Of a stretch of 59,954 nt of DNA, positions 10,746 through 21,600 are shown piece by piece. Below the pieces are notes generated by a model, which was not told the DNA's origin, made no database searches, and saw nothing but the letters and a program-made list of their open reading frames with translations. The DNA is from Nemertoderma westbladi (lineage: Eukaryota > Animalia > Xenacoelomorpha): contig JAUCBJ010006447.1 in the NCBI GenBank assembly GCA_032718475.1, forward strand, positions 1 to 59,954. Reading direction: 5' to 3'. A program made the translations under genes and the position numbers. Each line of letters opens with the position of its first letter. Positions within the stretch are counted from its first letter, which is position 1.

Positions 10746-13700
10746 TTAAAGTTCTTTTACTGGTATCGGTGGCGTGTAGTTTAGTGACTCGATGATGCAA
10801 GAGGCATTGCCAGCCTGTACGCAGATGCCGAGGCGCTGTCTCAAGTATATAGAAGAGCGCGGGTCGCCGTTGACTGATATTATCTTTCTCCCGATTTCGC
10901 GGAGGAACTTTAAAGTCAGAGGACCAAATCCTCCTAGCGTTTCCACCGCGATTGGTTGGAGAATGACAGTAGACGAAATGTCGCTGTATTTGGCGATCTT
11001 TCTAGCTTCGGCCATTTCGGCTACGGCAGAACCCTCCGATTCAGCCAAATTGCTGTATGAAGCTGCCATGCGATTCACACAAGTAAAGTCCCATGCCAGT
11101 CTTTTTCCCTGGGACCAGTTTAGGTGAGTTGCGCCGTCTGGCCGCTTGCCATCATTCCTGCAGAGTCCAACAGGTTCAAGTGTGGACGGGATCTCTGCCG
11201 AAGAAAACGCTCTATGTATGGCGTTATTCCCCTCCCTATGTCGTCCGTGTTTACTCTTTGTCGATTTGCACGACAAAGAGTGGTAGCCAAGACCATCAGC
11301 TTCAGCGCCACATACACAAGTATGGGGAGTACAAACAGGTGCACCGAGGCGTAGGCCAGCAGCTATCGTAAACTGTACATTCGACAAACGGAGGGCAAGT
11401 GTTCCAGATGGAAGTGTGTTCAACCAGTCGGCAGATCCTGGTGCCTGGCACCCCCTGATACGACCTGTATCTGATGGACTTGCGGATGTAAGTAACTGGT
11501 CAGCCTGAAGCTTATAGAGCGGTTCAAGCCAACTTCTCTGTGAGTCAAGTTGATTTGGAATACAAGTTCCACCTAGTGAACGCCAGACATTTAGTGCGTC
11601 TTGGAATGTTGTTGCAGGGGCATCGACAGTATGAATTTGGTTTGTTAGGGAACGGCATTTACTGACGGAAGCCAGATATGCACCAGGAGCAACTACAGAT
11701 GGCATTGGGATACCAATCCCTCCCAGGCAACATGGTAGGGTGGCCTGCCTCCAAACTGATTCAGTCATAGACGCATTGGTAATGGATGCTAGGGTCTCAC
11801 GTAGACAGTTGTCCATATCAGAGAGGATTTCCTTTGCCACAAATGCAGGTGAAGTTCTGAGTATATAAGTTAGCTTTGGGATAGCAAGGCAGTTACGGAG
11901 AAGGTAGTAGGCATCATGGCTGTTTAGGATGAGGAGGCGACTTGCAAACACTTTCAGAGCGTCATACTTATCTGTCAATGCAGATGTCAGTGCCCTTGGT
12001 CCGATTGGGGAGCCCAGAATGATTAAGTCTTCCGCAGGGGTCAGTGTGATGTCAGGCAAAACATCCCTGAATGCAGCAATGATTTGTGGGGCATTTGCAC
12101 TTTCTGGGTGGAAAACTATCAGTTCACACTTGGGTGTGTTTAGCTCCAGCCCGATTTCCTCACAAGCTTTACGGAAACTAAATAAGTCTTCCAATACTCT
12201 CTCCCATGCATCCCCCATTGAGACATCGTCAACATAGGCTAATTTTAAGCGTGAGAGAAGGATCTGGAGCTTCTTATGCAAACCTGAGCAAAATCCGTAT
12301 ATAGCCAAGGGGTCACCCTGCTGAAATCCTTCTGAAGAGTCGATTGTTAGTTCACTTCCGAATGTCAGTATTGTGTCCTCATTGTAGCACGTGTCAAAAA
12401 ATGGTAGCAATTGTGGTGCATCTTCAGCAATGCATTCAGCAACAAAGTCACGGCGGATGGTATTGAAGGCGTTTTTGAAATCTAGTTTCAACAGTACTTC
12501 ACCTGGTTGTGCTGATGAAGCGTAGCTTCTGGTAGCATGGGCTGCTGCCTCAGCACCACCCGGCACTCCAAACCCGAGTTGTAAAGGACATAACTTCCTA
12601 GAGCAGCTTTCAACCTGTGATTTAGATGCGCCTTTCGCGACAAGGCGCCTTAGGGTCTCTCCGACAGCTATTGGACGGGTCCCCCCATCCTTCTTTATGA
12701 ATGCTGTTAATGCTGCACCGGCAAAGATTGGGCGGACCACTGAAGGAACTGAGCCGGAGAGAATTAGGTTGACTAATTCGGTGAGTTCTTCCAGGAGGGG
12801 GACCCCAGAGGCCTGATTCCTTTTCGATAGACAATCTTTCAGGTGTTGAGGGCGCAATCCTGAAAGACCCCCTGCACTACCAGGTGGGAAACTATCAACT
12901 GCCCCTTTGACTGCACTAGGACTTAAAGTTAGTGGAGGAACAGAGGATGCTGGGAATTCACGGCGATCTGTTGGACATGGTGGGTGTTTTGCTATTAGTT
13001 TTTCATGGGTTACTGCATCGAATGGTGCGAGAGAGTCGATTGAGCAAGCAATACGGATTGCACCCCTGACATCACCTTCGTCAAGTTTTTCTGCGACTGA
13101 TGTTGCAATCCTTTCAAGCAATCGTTCGTCACTAATTGGTTTACCATTTGGTTTTCCCTTTGTTGATCTGTTAGGCAGTGGCTTAATGAGGCATGATGGA
13201 TCAGGTGATGAGACAAATGCACAGATCTGTTTGTTTATCAGTGTTGCAAGTGAGACGCGGCGGTTACGTCCTCCTCTGTCAGGTTTCCTGAGGCATAACT
13301 GAGGCATAATTAGCATGTTACGCCAATTAAGAGTGTTTGTAGGATCACGTAAAACCTTGTGGATAACATCCTGGAAGCAGAGGGAGAACTTTATCCTAGA
13401 GCCGCGTGGGATGAACTTAAGAACCCGGCATCTAGCTGAGCGGATGATGGCAAGGAGGTCCATGGCTGTGAGCAATGCATTCTGTGTAGATGGGTCAGGA
13501 GGGGGCCCAACACTGGCAGTGCAATCATCTGAGTTGGTGGTCCGTGGTACATTGCATTGGGTGGAGTCATTATGTTGGGAATGGAAAGAGCCAGACCCGG
13601 GGCAGACACCATCTATACCTTTGTGACGACGGATTTTGCCATCTGCATTCCTTAGACAAGCATGTGTGCAGGTATTGCATATTACCCGATTGGAACCCGT

Positions 13701-14651
13701 TGAACTAGGAGACTGGGAAGATTGTCTTTGGGTGTCTGATTGGTTGTTGCTTATAACAATGTTACCATTAGCGTCTTGCCGTTTACAAATGTTATTCGGG
13801 TGGGTCTGCGTGTCATGAGATGGAGTTTTGGTCACTTCGTCGATCTCAACAGGTTTGGGTTGCAGGGGAACATTGTTTGTTGAATGCTGGCTCTGTTGTT
13901 GGCTCGCGATCCTATGAGAGGTGTTGCCCGTGTTGTCTGTCTCGTCTGCACATGTCGCACAATGATCACACTGCCAAGCCTTACTGAGAGCAGCTTGAGC
14001 TTTGGTCATACCGATGCATGAGAGGTGAAATATCAATGTGCAATGGTTGCAGCTAATAGTTTGTTTCCTTAAATTAACAGAGTGGCACTGGTGGCACTGT
14101 TTGTTGATTTCCTTGGCCTGAAGGGTCTGTTGGGGCAGTTGCGGTTGACTAGACGTGGTTGATCTAGTAGAATGCTTGCTGCTAGTGGAAGCTGGAGCTG
14201 GTTTAGGGGTATCAGGCTTAGTGGGGTCAGGTTTAGGGGGGTCTGGTTTGGCAGGGGTATCATGTGTAGGGGGATCCGGTTTAGTGGGATCTGGTTGTTG
14301 GGGGTCTGGTTTAGCATGGGTATCATTTATGGGGGGATCCGGTTTAGGGGGATCTGGTTTAGGTGGGTTTTGTTGAGGGGGGTCTGGTTTATGGGGATCT
14401 GGTTGAGGGGGGTCTTGTTTAGCAGGGGTATCACGTATAGGGGGATCCGGTTTAGGGGGGTCTGGTTTAGGGGGATCTTGTTGAGGGGGGTCTGGTTTAT
14501 GGGGATCTGGTTGAGCGGGGTCTGGTTTAGCAGGGGTATCACGTATAGGGGGATCCGGTTTAGGGGGGTCTGGTATAGCATGGGTATCATGTATAGGGGG
14601 ATCCGGTTTAGGTGGACCTTTTTTGCGGTGGTCCTGATGGGGGTGGATCAA
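10746..14651 (-). CDS. Non-LTR retrotransposon protein: PHD, reverse transcriptase, restriction-like endonuclease
   Basis: PHD CHQC..CNHCTLIFHLSC..WQCDHC; RT RPIAVGE, LDFKNAFN, QQGDPL, YVDD; RLE CVCG..H..SC, RH, EP, RPDG, WDFTC. Confidence 0.9.
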   Translation of the reverse strand: MIHPHQDHRKKGPPKPDPPIHDTHAIPDPPKPDPPIRDTPAKPDPAQPDPHKPDPPQQDPPKPDPPKPDPPIRDTPAKQDPPQPDPHKPDPPQQNPPKPDPPKPDPPINDTHAKPDPQQPDPTKPDPPTHDTPAKPDPPKPDPTKPDTPKPAPASTSSKHSTRSTTSSQPQLPQQTLQAKEINKQCHQCHSVNLRKQTISCNHCTLIFHLSCIGMTKAQAALSKAWQCDHCATCADETDNTGNTSHRIASQQQSQHSTNNVPLQPKPVEIDEVTKTPSHDTQTHPNNICKRQDANGNIVISNNQSDTQRQSSQSPSSTGSNRVICNTCTHACLRNADGKIRRHKGIDGVCPGSGSFHSQHNDSTQCNVPRTTNSDDCTASVGPPPDPSTQNALLTAMDLLAIIRSARCRVLKFIPRGSRIKFSLCFQDVIHKVLRDPTNTLNWRNMLIMPQLCLRKPDRGGRNRRVSLATLINKQICAFVSSPDPSCLIKPLPNRSTKGKPNGKPISDERLLERIATSVAEKLDEGDVRGAIRIACSIDSLAPFDAVTHEKLIAKHPPCPTDRREFPASSVPPLTLSPSAVKGAVDSFPPGSAGGLSGLRPQHLKDCLSKRNQASGVPLLEELTELVNLILSGSVPSVVRPIFAGAALTAFIKKDGGTRPIAVGETLRRLVAKGASKSQVESCSRKLCPLQLGFGVPGGAEAAAHATRSYASSAQPGEVLLKLDFKNAFNTIRRDFVAECIAEDAPQLLPFFDTCYNEDTILTFGSELTIDSSEGFQQGDPLAIYGFCSGLHKKLQILLSRLKLAYVDDVSMGDAWERVLEDLFSFRKACEEIGLELNTPKCELIVFHPESANAPQIIAAFRDVLPDITLTPAEDLIILGSPIGPRALTSALTDKYDALKVFASRLLILNSHDAYYLLRNCLAIPKLTYILRTSPAFVAKEILSDMDNCLRETLASITNASMTESVWRQATLPCCLGGIGIPMPSVVAPGAYLASVSKCRSLTNQIHTVDAPATTFQDALNVWRSLGGTCIPNQLDSQRSWLEPLYKLQADQLLTSASPSDTGRIRGCQAPGSADWLNTLPSGTLALRLSNVQFTIAAGLRLGAPVCTPHTCVCGAEADGLGYHSLSCKSTKSKHGRHREGNNAIHRAFSSAEIPSTLEPVGLCRNDGKRPDGATHLNWSQGKRLAWDFTCVNRMAASYSNLAESEGSAVAEMAEARKIAKYSDISSTVILQPIAVETLGGFGPLTLKFLREIGRKIISVNGDPRSSIYLRQRLGICVQAGNASCIIESLNYTPPIPVKEL

Positions 14652-14700
14652 TTTGTGGGGTTTCCTGATGGGGGGGGGGGGGGTCCGGTTTGTGAGGGGC
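14200..14700 (-). repeat. Coding 15-bp-based repeat encoding (KPDPP)n
   Basis: Repeated ggtttaggggggtct/ggatccggtt units; Pro/Asp/Lys-rich translation. Confidence 0.85.
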
Positions 14701-15310
14701 AGGTAGGAGGGGCGCAGGTTGTGCGGTAGTGTTAATTGGGGTGGCAGGTGGGATCACAGTGGCTGATGTTTTCACAAGGGAGGCCACCCAAACCCTAAAA
14801 GTACCGATGGAATTATCATTTATACCGTCGAGTGAACCTCCATCCAAACACATCTTAACAAACCTGATAACGTAGATGCCACAACTTGAGCCGTCGTACT
14901 GAAGTCTCTTGGGGAGCTGGCGTACCATAAAAGGCGGGATGGTCACGTTACACCTGGATGCCTCAAAAGAGACCCATCGTTGTATGGTATTTAAAGTGCC
15001 CGGGTTAGGCCACGCCATAGAATCAAAGTAAAATATGACCCGGGCCTTGGGACGCACAACAGCCAGAGCCCAGTGGTAACCCCTAATATTGACTGTAAAG
15101 AACAGGAAGTCATACTGGAGTATGCTAGTATCAGTTTGACGTTGCGTTATATGAGAGCCGCGGTTCGAAAAAGTGTCTAGAAAATGAGCGTTGAACACCT
15201 TAGTCCTACCAGGGTATTGGCCACATAGGTGGCTAATGACAGCATCTATTAGGTTGTCAGATAACCACCCTTTGGGGTCATTGAGCCGCTCTATGTCACT
15301 TTCAGACTTT
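14608..15310 (-). CDS. Ulp1/C48 SUMO-protease domain, N-terminal part of the same polyprotein (frameshifted)
   Basis: GWLSDNLID (upstream of the listed ORF start), HW, YFDS, QYDGSSCG catalytic motifs; joins the RT ORF if one base is removed in the homopolymers at 14619-14682. Confidence 0.8.
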
Positions 15311-15389
15311 CAGATTATTAAATTACTAATAACTAAAATATATATCGATAATTTTTTTACATTTTTTTTTTGCATTACTTTAACACATA

Positions 15390-16665
15390 TGTAAAAGCTT
15401 CTGTGGGATGCAACTGGTCCTTCGCCCCGCGATCCAGTTTTCCCCCCATACGCTAAAATACTCTGAAACCTGCTGTAAAAGCGTTTACAGATATAATTGG
15501 ATCCCCTAGCCCTCGGGGTGCTGTATAAGTGTTTTTAACGGACATAAAATAGATTCTTCTGAATGTGTGCTTTATGCGGACGTAGCAGGGTACAAACCCC
15601 GCAATGCGGCATTTCACTGTCACTATGTCAAGGGAAGGATTCTGATTACGACATCTCCCAGCTGGATGATGACGTGGAGGGAGCTCTCATTGGACTCCTG
15701 GTTCCTTTGTTTTGGTCTAACAACCAATCAGGGCGATTTGCGTTTTCCTTGAAGAGATACCTACAGCAGCTCCCAAACTCAGTGTTTATGTCGTTCCATA
15801 CTGCCTGAAGATCGGCTGGAATGACGCAATGTTTCTGCCCTTTTGTAAGAACATTAGTAGGCTAAATTATAGAAAGCATAGCTATTATCGCTATTAACAA
15901 ATCAACTCGATTCATATCACTTTATATCGATCTTAATTCAATGCAATCTAATTATATCTTAACCTACCGTCATACTGCTTTTACTGTTTGTAATTTGTAT
16001 CAGTATAATTGGATGTTTTTATTTGAAGAATATCAATAATCAACCCACATTTTCCCAATATCTTTGATACACTACAGGTTAGAGAGAAAGGTTATGTACA
16101 ACAATTGCGACTTTATTATTGTGTTTGTAGTGAATCTAATGTTGTTTGACAGACACTACCTGAGTCCAGTGCATATCTCTTTATACCTGATCAAAGTCAG
16201 TAACTGTCGGCATATCAGTGAGCAGTGTTGTGCGTTACCGGTAGCGTGCGTGATTGTAAAGTGATTGGATCTGATAATAAAGCATTCCTAAAGAATGCGC
16301 CCTATGCTTGAAATTTAAGCCATATCGTTGTGTGTAGTATCAGTCAGAACTCTGTTTACATAGGTAGAGCGCCACGTCCTAAAAGGAACTGCTAATATTT
16401 CCCGAAAGTGAATAATATTTGTCAGAGATTATATATTAGTAATCAATCGAATAATACAGTAGGCTTGACCGCAAATAAATTTAAGCCCACGAATCCAGTC
16501 TCCCGGTGTTATAAACGGGTCATTTGGACGCGCATGGACTGGCTTCGGCTAATGTTTTTGGTTTGTTTTGTATTAAATCTTGTCATCTTATAAAAGGCAG
16601 TTTATCAATAAAGACATATAAATTTCGGCAGGTTAAACTGCTGAAGGTCTATAAAAGCGCGTACA
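15390..16665 (+). repeat. 5' LTR (1276 bp)
   Basis: tgtaaaagctt...gcgcgtaca; no differences from the 3' LTR noticed by eye, and ORF-track translations in both copies are identical. Confidence 0.95.
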
Positions 16666-16929
16666 ATAATAGCTATCGATCTTATTTGCGGTAAGCAATA
16701 AGATTGAAAATACCGGCACTCCAGTAGGTCAGTAGGCCCAACTGTCATAACCGGTACTGCTGTGCAAGTACATTAGTATTATTCGATTTTGATTGTTATG
16801 TACCAGTAGGCCTTAATAATCAATCAGGGACTGCAGCCCTGGTTTTTTATTGAGATTTTTACTTATTTCTGTCAAGTTTTATTTGTTTGTAGGCCAGTAT
16901 TGAGCCGAAGACGTGTAAGTCTGCTCAGA

Positions 16930-17460
16930 TTGTTCAGATCATTGTAGGCTGGACTGTTGTCTGACTGTTGTTAGGCTTGAAGATTACAGCGTGTGTAGAG
17001 AGTCTGATAGGTGCCAGTTAGTAAGTTGGGGCAACTCGTAAGTTGTAAGGTCAACCCCTATAAAGAATAAGCCGCGCTACCTTATTAGCACGCATACTCA
17101 CTAACAAGTTTCGGAATCTGCATATACTGTGGTTATTTAGGCTTGATAGTAGTCCGTCAGCGTTTATCCTGTACTGTCTGTATAGTCTGTTCAGATACCG
17201 TAATATTATTCAGATATTTTGTGGGCTGGATTGTTGCCTAGCTGTTGTTGGGTCTGAAGGAATTGCTACGTGTGTAGAGTAAGTCTGATAAAGTGCCGTT
17301 AGTAAGTTGGGGCAGCCATCGCTGTAAGGACAATCCCCTCTTAAAGAATAAGTCGTACTACCGTATTAGCACGCATACTAACTAACAGTTTCAGAATCTG
17401 CACATACAGTAGTTTGTTTAGGCTTAGTGGTAGTCTGTCAGCATTTTAGTTTGTATTTTA
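16930..17460 (+). repeat. Diverged tandem duplication (about 275 bp) in the 2-kb leader of the LTR element
   Basis: gttagtaagttggggca and ttagcacgcatact each occur twice about 270-280 bp apart. Confidence 0.75.
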
Positions 17461-18658
17461 TTTGAGTATTCTGTACGGGTAGCGTAATATTTATTATTCA
17501 GAGTTTATGCAATTACTCGCAACATTCATGTCCCCAAGTTTATTCCTACAGTAATTGTGTTTGTTATACATACCCTTATAGTTAAATTAACCCCAGTACT
17601 ACACGGGCTGCTTGGCGTAGGTAAAGACTGGTGACTTAGTGCCCCGGTCACTCCAGCAGATGCTGTGGTTCTTTTAACTGTTCAAGTATATTTAACTACT
17701 GGTTATCTGTTTTACAAGTACCTGTACCTAATTTAGGGTTTAGTGTACAGTGCTTTCCGAGAGTAATTAGTGTAGGCATTATTGTGTTGTAAAGTAGTTA
17801 ATAGGCACGCTCGTTCTGGTAGACGGCGGTAATTAACTTCTAGGTAGGAACACTCCGTAGATACATAACGTTGTACCTATAGCGCTACGGCTGTAGGTCG
17901 TCAGGCGGTGGTATTTTCCTATCTAGACAACGCAGTATTTACTTCTGCTTATTATTTTCAAATACCGTAGTATCCTGTCCGTTGAAATAACCAGGAGATC
18001 TAACCCTTTGTTAGACTGGTTAGTAGTTTCCCTGTAAAATTGCCCTAAAAATCTGTACGTACCGTTTTTGTGTGTTTATTAGAGATTGTAATCTCACCAA
18101 TAGTAAGTAACTAGTAAATAAGTAACGTAGGCCAGTAGAATTATTCTGTTTAGTGTCCCATAAGTAGCACTTCACTGAAAGCGCACAGCTTCTGTGTAGT
18201 GGTATTTTACCGGAAATAGTAACACCTATTTCAATCTTGTAACAAATCCCTTATCAGGGTATATATATATTATAAATCAACTCCAAAGATTTATAAATCA
18301 GTAGGCCTGCCATACAACAAGTAGGTCACAATATCAGTTGAACTACTGCTTGCATAACGGTAACAGAGTAAACTCAAGTAACTAAGTAACTTATAATTTC
18401 AGAAATTCAATTATCCTAAATAATTGATATACCGGTATCTATAATAGGCTTAATATATATTTGTATATATTTGAATTGAAATTATATACCGGTACTCTGT
18501 AACAAACCTAGTCTGCAATACTTATATATACTGTGGGTGTATACCGGTATCCTAATATATTGTAATTAATTAACTGTACTAGGCCAACAGTCTTACTGAA
18601 TTACTAGACTTGCTTTAACTGTAACTATAGCAATAGGCATTCAACTGTACAAACAAAC

Positions 18659-21600
18659 ATGTCTGACACAACCCAATCACTGTCAGATAGTCTCTTAGAA
18701 AGTGTTAGAATGACTGTGAGGCAGTGTCTTAAAAAGAGCAGTGACCCAGACCAAAATATAGAACATCCCAGACACAGGTCTAAGTCCCCTCCTACTGTAA
18801 GAAAGGCCATCCCTACAGTAATAGTGTCAGACCCTAGGCTAATCCACCATAGGTCTATCATAGGCACTCGGGCCCAGGTAAAACGGAACCTAGAGGAAGC
18901 TGTCCTATCGCAGCAACATCCTGATCGAGAACCTAGTCCCCAGCGACCAGATAGCTCCAGTAGTTCGGAGACTGTTGAGCGGACGCCCGAACGCGGGGCG
19001 AAAATTGCGGATACGGTTTGCGATGAGCGGCCAACCTTTGAAGAATCAACCGACGCCCCTTCTTCCCAAGTGGAAAGCGAAGTGGAAAGCGAAGTGGAAA
19101 GCGAATTAACATCTACAGAGAAGCCGCGAACTAGAGATGCAATCGATACCTATTTGTCAGATTATCAGCGATTCATAGGAGACGAGGAGTTGAGAAGACG
19201 GTTGCATGGATTTACACCTAATAGTGCAGGGGCTAAGCGTGTATTGGACGAACTCGATGCTGAGATGTTAGCTAAAGATCAAGCTAAATTTGATGAGGAA
19301 AGACGCATCGCTAGAGCCCAGGAAATACAAGTCCAGAAAAAACAAATAGAAGATCGAAAGGCAGTAGCAGCAGCAGAGGCAGAGGCAGCAAGAAAGTTAG
19401 CAGCGGCAGAGGCAGAGGCAGCAAGAAAGTTGGCAGAGGCAGCAAGCAAGCTAGCAGAGGCAGAGGCAGCAAGAAAGCTAGCAGAGGCAGAGGCAGAAAG
19501 AAAATTGGCAGAAGCGGAAAAGAGAGCTTCTGACGAGATCGCCCAACTAGAGTTAGCAAATCTGCAAGAGACACATGATTACATCAATAAACGCGACACA
19601 GAAAGTCGAATGAAGATACTGAGTCGATCTACTTCGAAACGCCAAGGGTATACATCATCGGAGGAAGGAGACACTACCGACCCTGAAGGTGGAGGAAATA
19701 GATCTCGTCTCAGTAGGCGTAAAAGAATGTCTCCACGTCAGAGATTGCCTGATTTGCCTCCAGCTGTTAGAAGACAAATATCTAGCACTGCAGTAGCGAG
19801 TACAGAACCCACAGACCAAACTATTACCATTACCAGACTCCCTACTATAGTAGATGAGCCGGAAATAATTAGGCCTGTTCTAGAAAACACCCCTTCGGTG
19901 AGAGAGACCCCTGTGCTCCCCAAACCTACTACCAAATTCCCTTTACACAGTACTATTAAACTAACGGTACCTGGTGGAGCAGCCCAAGTCCCAGTTCTGG
20001 AGACCGAGGGAGACATACAATCTTTGTCTCCCGTCGTCCCGATGCGGCCCGCTACAACGTTGGCGACTCCCGCTTCGGCGGTCGAGTGGGTTGAGAAGGG
20101 ACGGCGGGAGATGAGTCTCTTGCTCGGTCAAATGAGAGAACAGCGGGACTGTTCCTCACAACAGATCCGGGACTTAGAAGGGACTGTCTACCAACTCAAG
20201 GGAACCGTAAGGGATAGTAGGATAGAGCTGCAAGAAGTGCAACAAAATATCGCATTCGAGCGCGACAAATTAGTCAATATACAAAGGGGAATACCAACAC
20301 CCCCTGTAACCCTGTGTCAACCTGCTAGGTCGGAAGTGTATCATGCGCGAGGTGTGTCGCCTACACGCATATATACTGCTAGCAAAGTAGAAACACCCCC
20401 TATAACCCTGAGTCAACCTGTTAGGTCTGAAGTACATCATGCGCAAGGTGTGTCGCCTATACGCATATATACTGCTAGCGAAGTAGAAACTCCTCTAGTA
20501 AACCCCATTACGGGAGACTACAAACCTGTGAATAATGATATCCCCTATAGACCTGATAATGATCTGAAAAATTTATATACCGATAATTCGATATTAAATA
20601 ACACGATGGCCCAAGAAAGCTTTACGCGTCAGATGGCTAGAACAGAAGCCCGCCAAGCGGTCAAAGTGGGAGAAATTGTCAAATTCAACGGTGATGAGAT
20701 GAAATGGTTACCTTTTAAAGAATATTATGAAGATAGCATACAGAACTCTGTACTATCTAGCGGAGAGAAACTGAGATTCCTCATCAAATGTTTGGAAGGA
20801 CCTCCCAAGTTAATGGCGTTGAAGTTTATTGGACATCCAAATGGATTAAGACAAGTCTGGGATACATTAAACACCAGGTATGGTAATAAAGATAATATCG
20901 CTAAGTATTTGTATGCAAAACTGGTAGCCCCTCGAAAGTTCCTTAGTAACGAGATTATAGAGTTTTCCGATGAGATTCAAGAAATCTGCCGACAATTGGA
21001 TTGGTTAGGTAAGTCCCATGAATATCAGAGCTCCATGGTCATCGGAGCCATAGTCTCTACTTTGCCAAAGGGTGGAGTATGTACACGTTGGGACAAGAAG
21101 GTGTTGCATATGATGGAGCAACAACGACGGAGCCCCACCATGGTGGATCTCATGTCATTCCTAGACCGTGAGGTCAAACTACAACTAATAAAGCAATCCA
21201 GGGAAAAAACATCGGAAAATCAGGTAAGTGAAAAACCCGTTTCTAGGAAAAGAATAATACCCGTATGTTATACTGACGACGGCGAAAGCCAGACCTCCCA
21301 TGAAGAAGACAGCGGGAAAGACACAGCAAGATCCTGCGATGACCACAAAACCCCGAGAGACGTAAGTAAATACCAGCCTCGAACCAATGATAGGAGAGAC
21401 AAGCTTACCAAGACCCCTCCTCAGTCTCCCAAAGGAATTCAGGTAAGCAAGCCCGAAGAACGAGCGAAAGTGCACAGCATTGCCCAAGTTAAAGTGAGTA
21501 ACATCAAACCAAAATGTGCGCTGTGCGACGGGCCCCACCGTTTGAGTGCGTGTGCGGAATTCCAAAAGAAATCCCTGGCAGATAGACGTGGAGTCCTGTG

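Larger units (their letters stand above)
10746..15310 (-). mobile_element. RLE-type non-LTR retrotransposon (CRE/NeSL-like), 5'-truncated
   Basis: Domain order Ulp1 protease, Pro-rich repeats, PHD, C2HC finger, RT, CCHC plus restriction-like endonuclease; no LTRs. Confidence 0.9.

Noticed and set aside
10792-14729. Antisense and alternate-frame ORFs over the retrotransposon (likewise over ULK4 and the ZnF array)
   Set aside because: Shadows of real coding or repetitive sequence.
15415-15424. TGGTCCTTCG resembling the tRNA-Tyr primer site common in BEL elements
   Set aside because: Lies 25 nt inside both LTRs rather than after the 5' LTR, and is absent from the sister LTR; TSD and TG..CA ends fix the boundaries.
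15563-16593. Short ORFs within the LTRs
   Set aside because: Duplicated only because the LTRs are; no motifs and not evident in the sister LTR.
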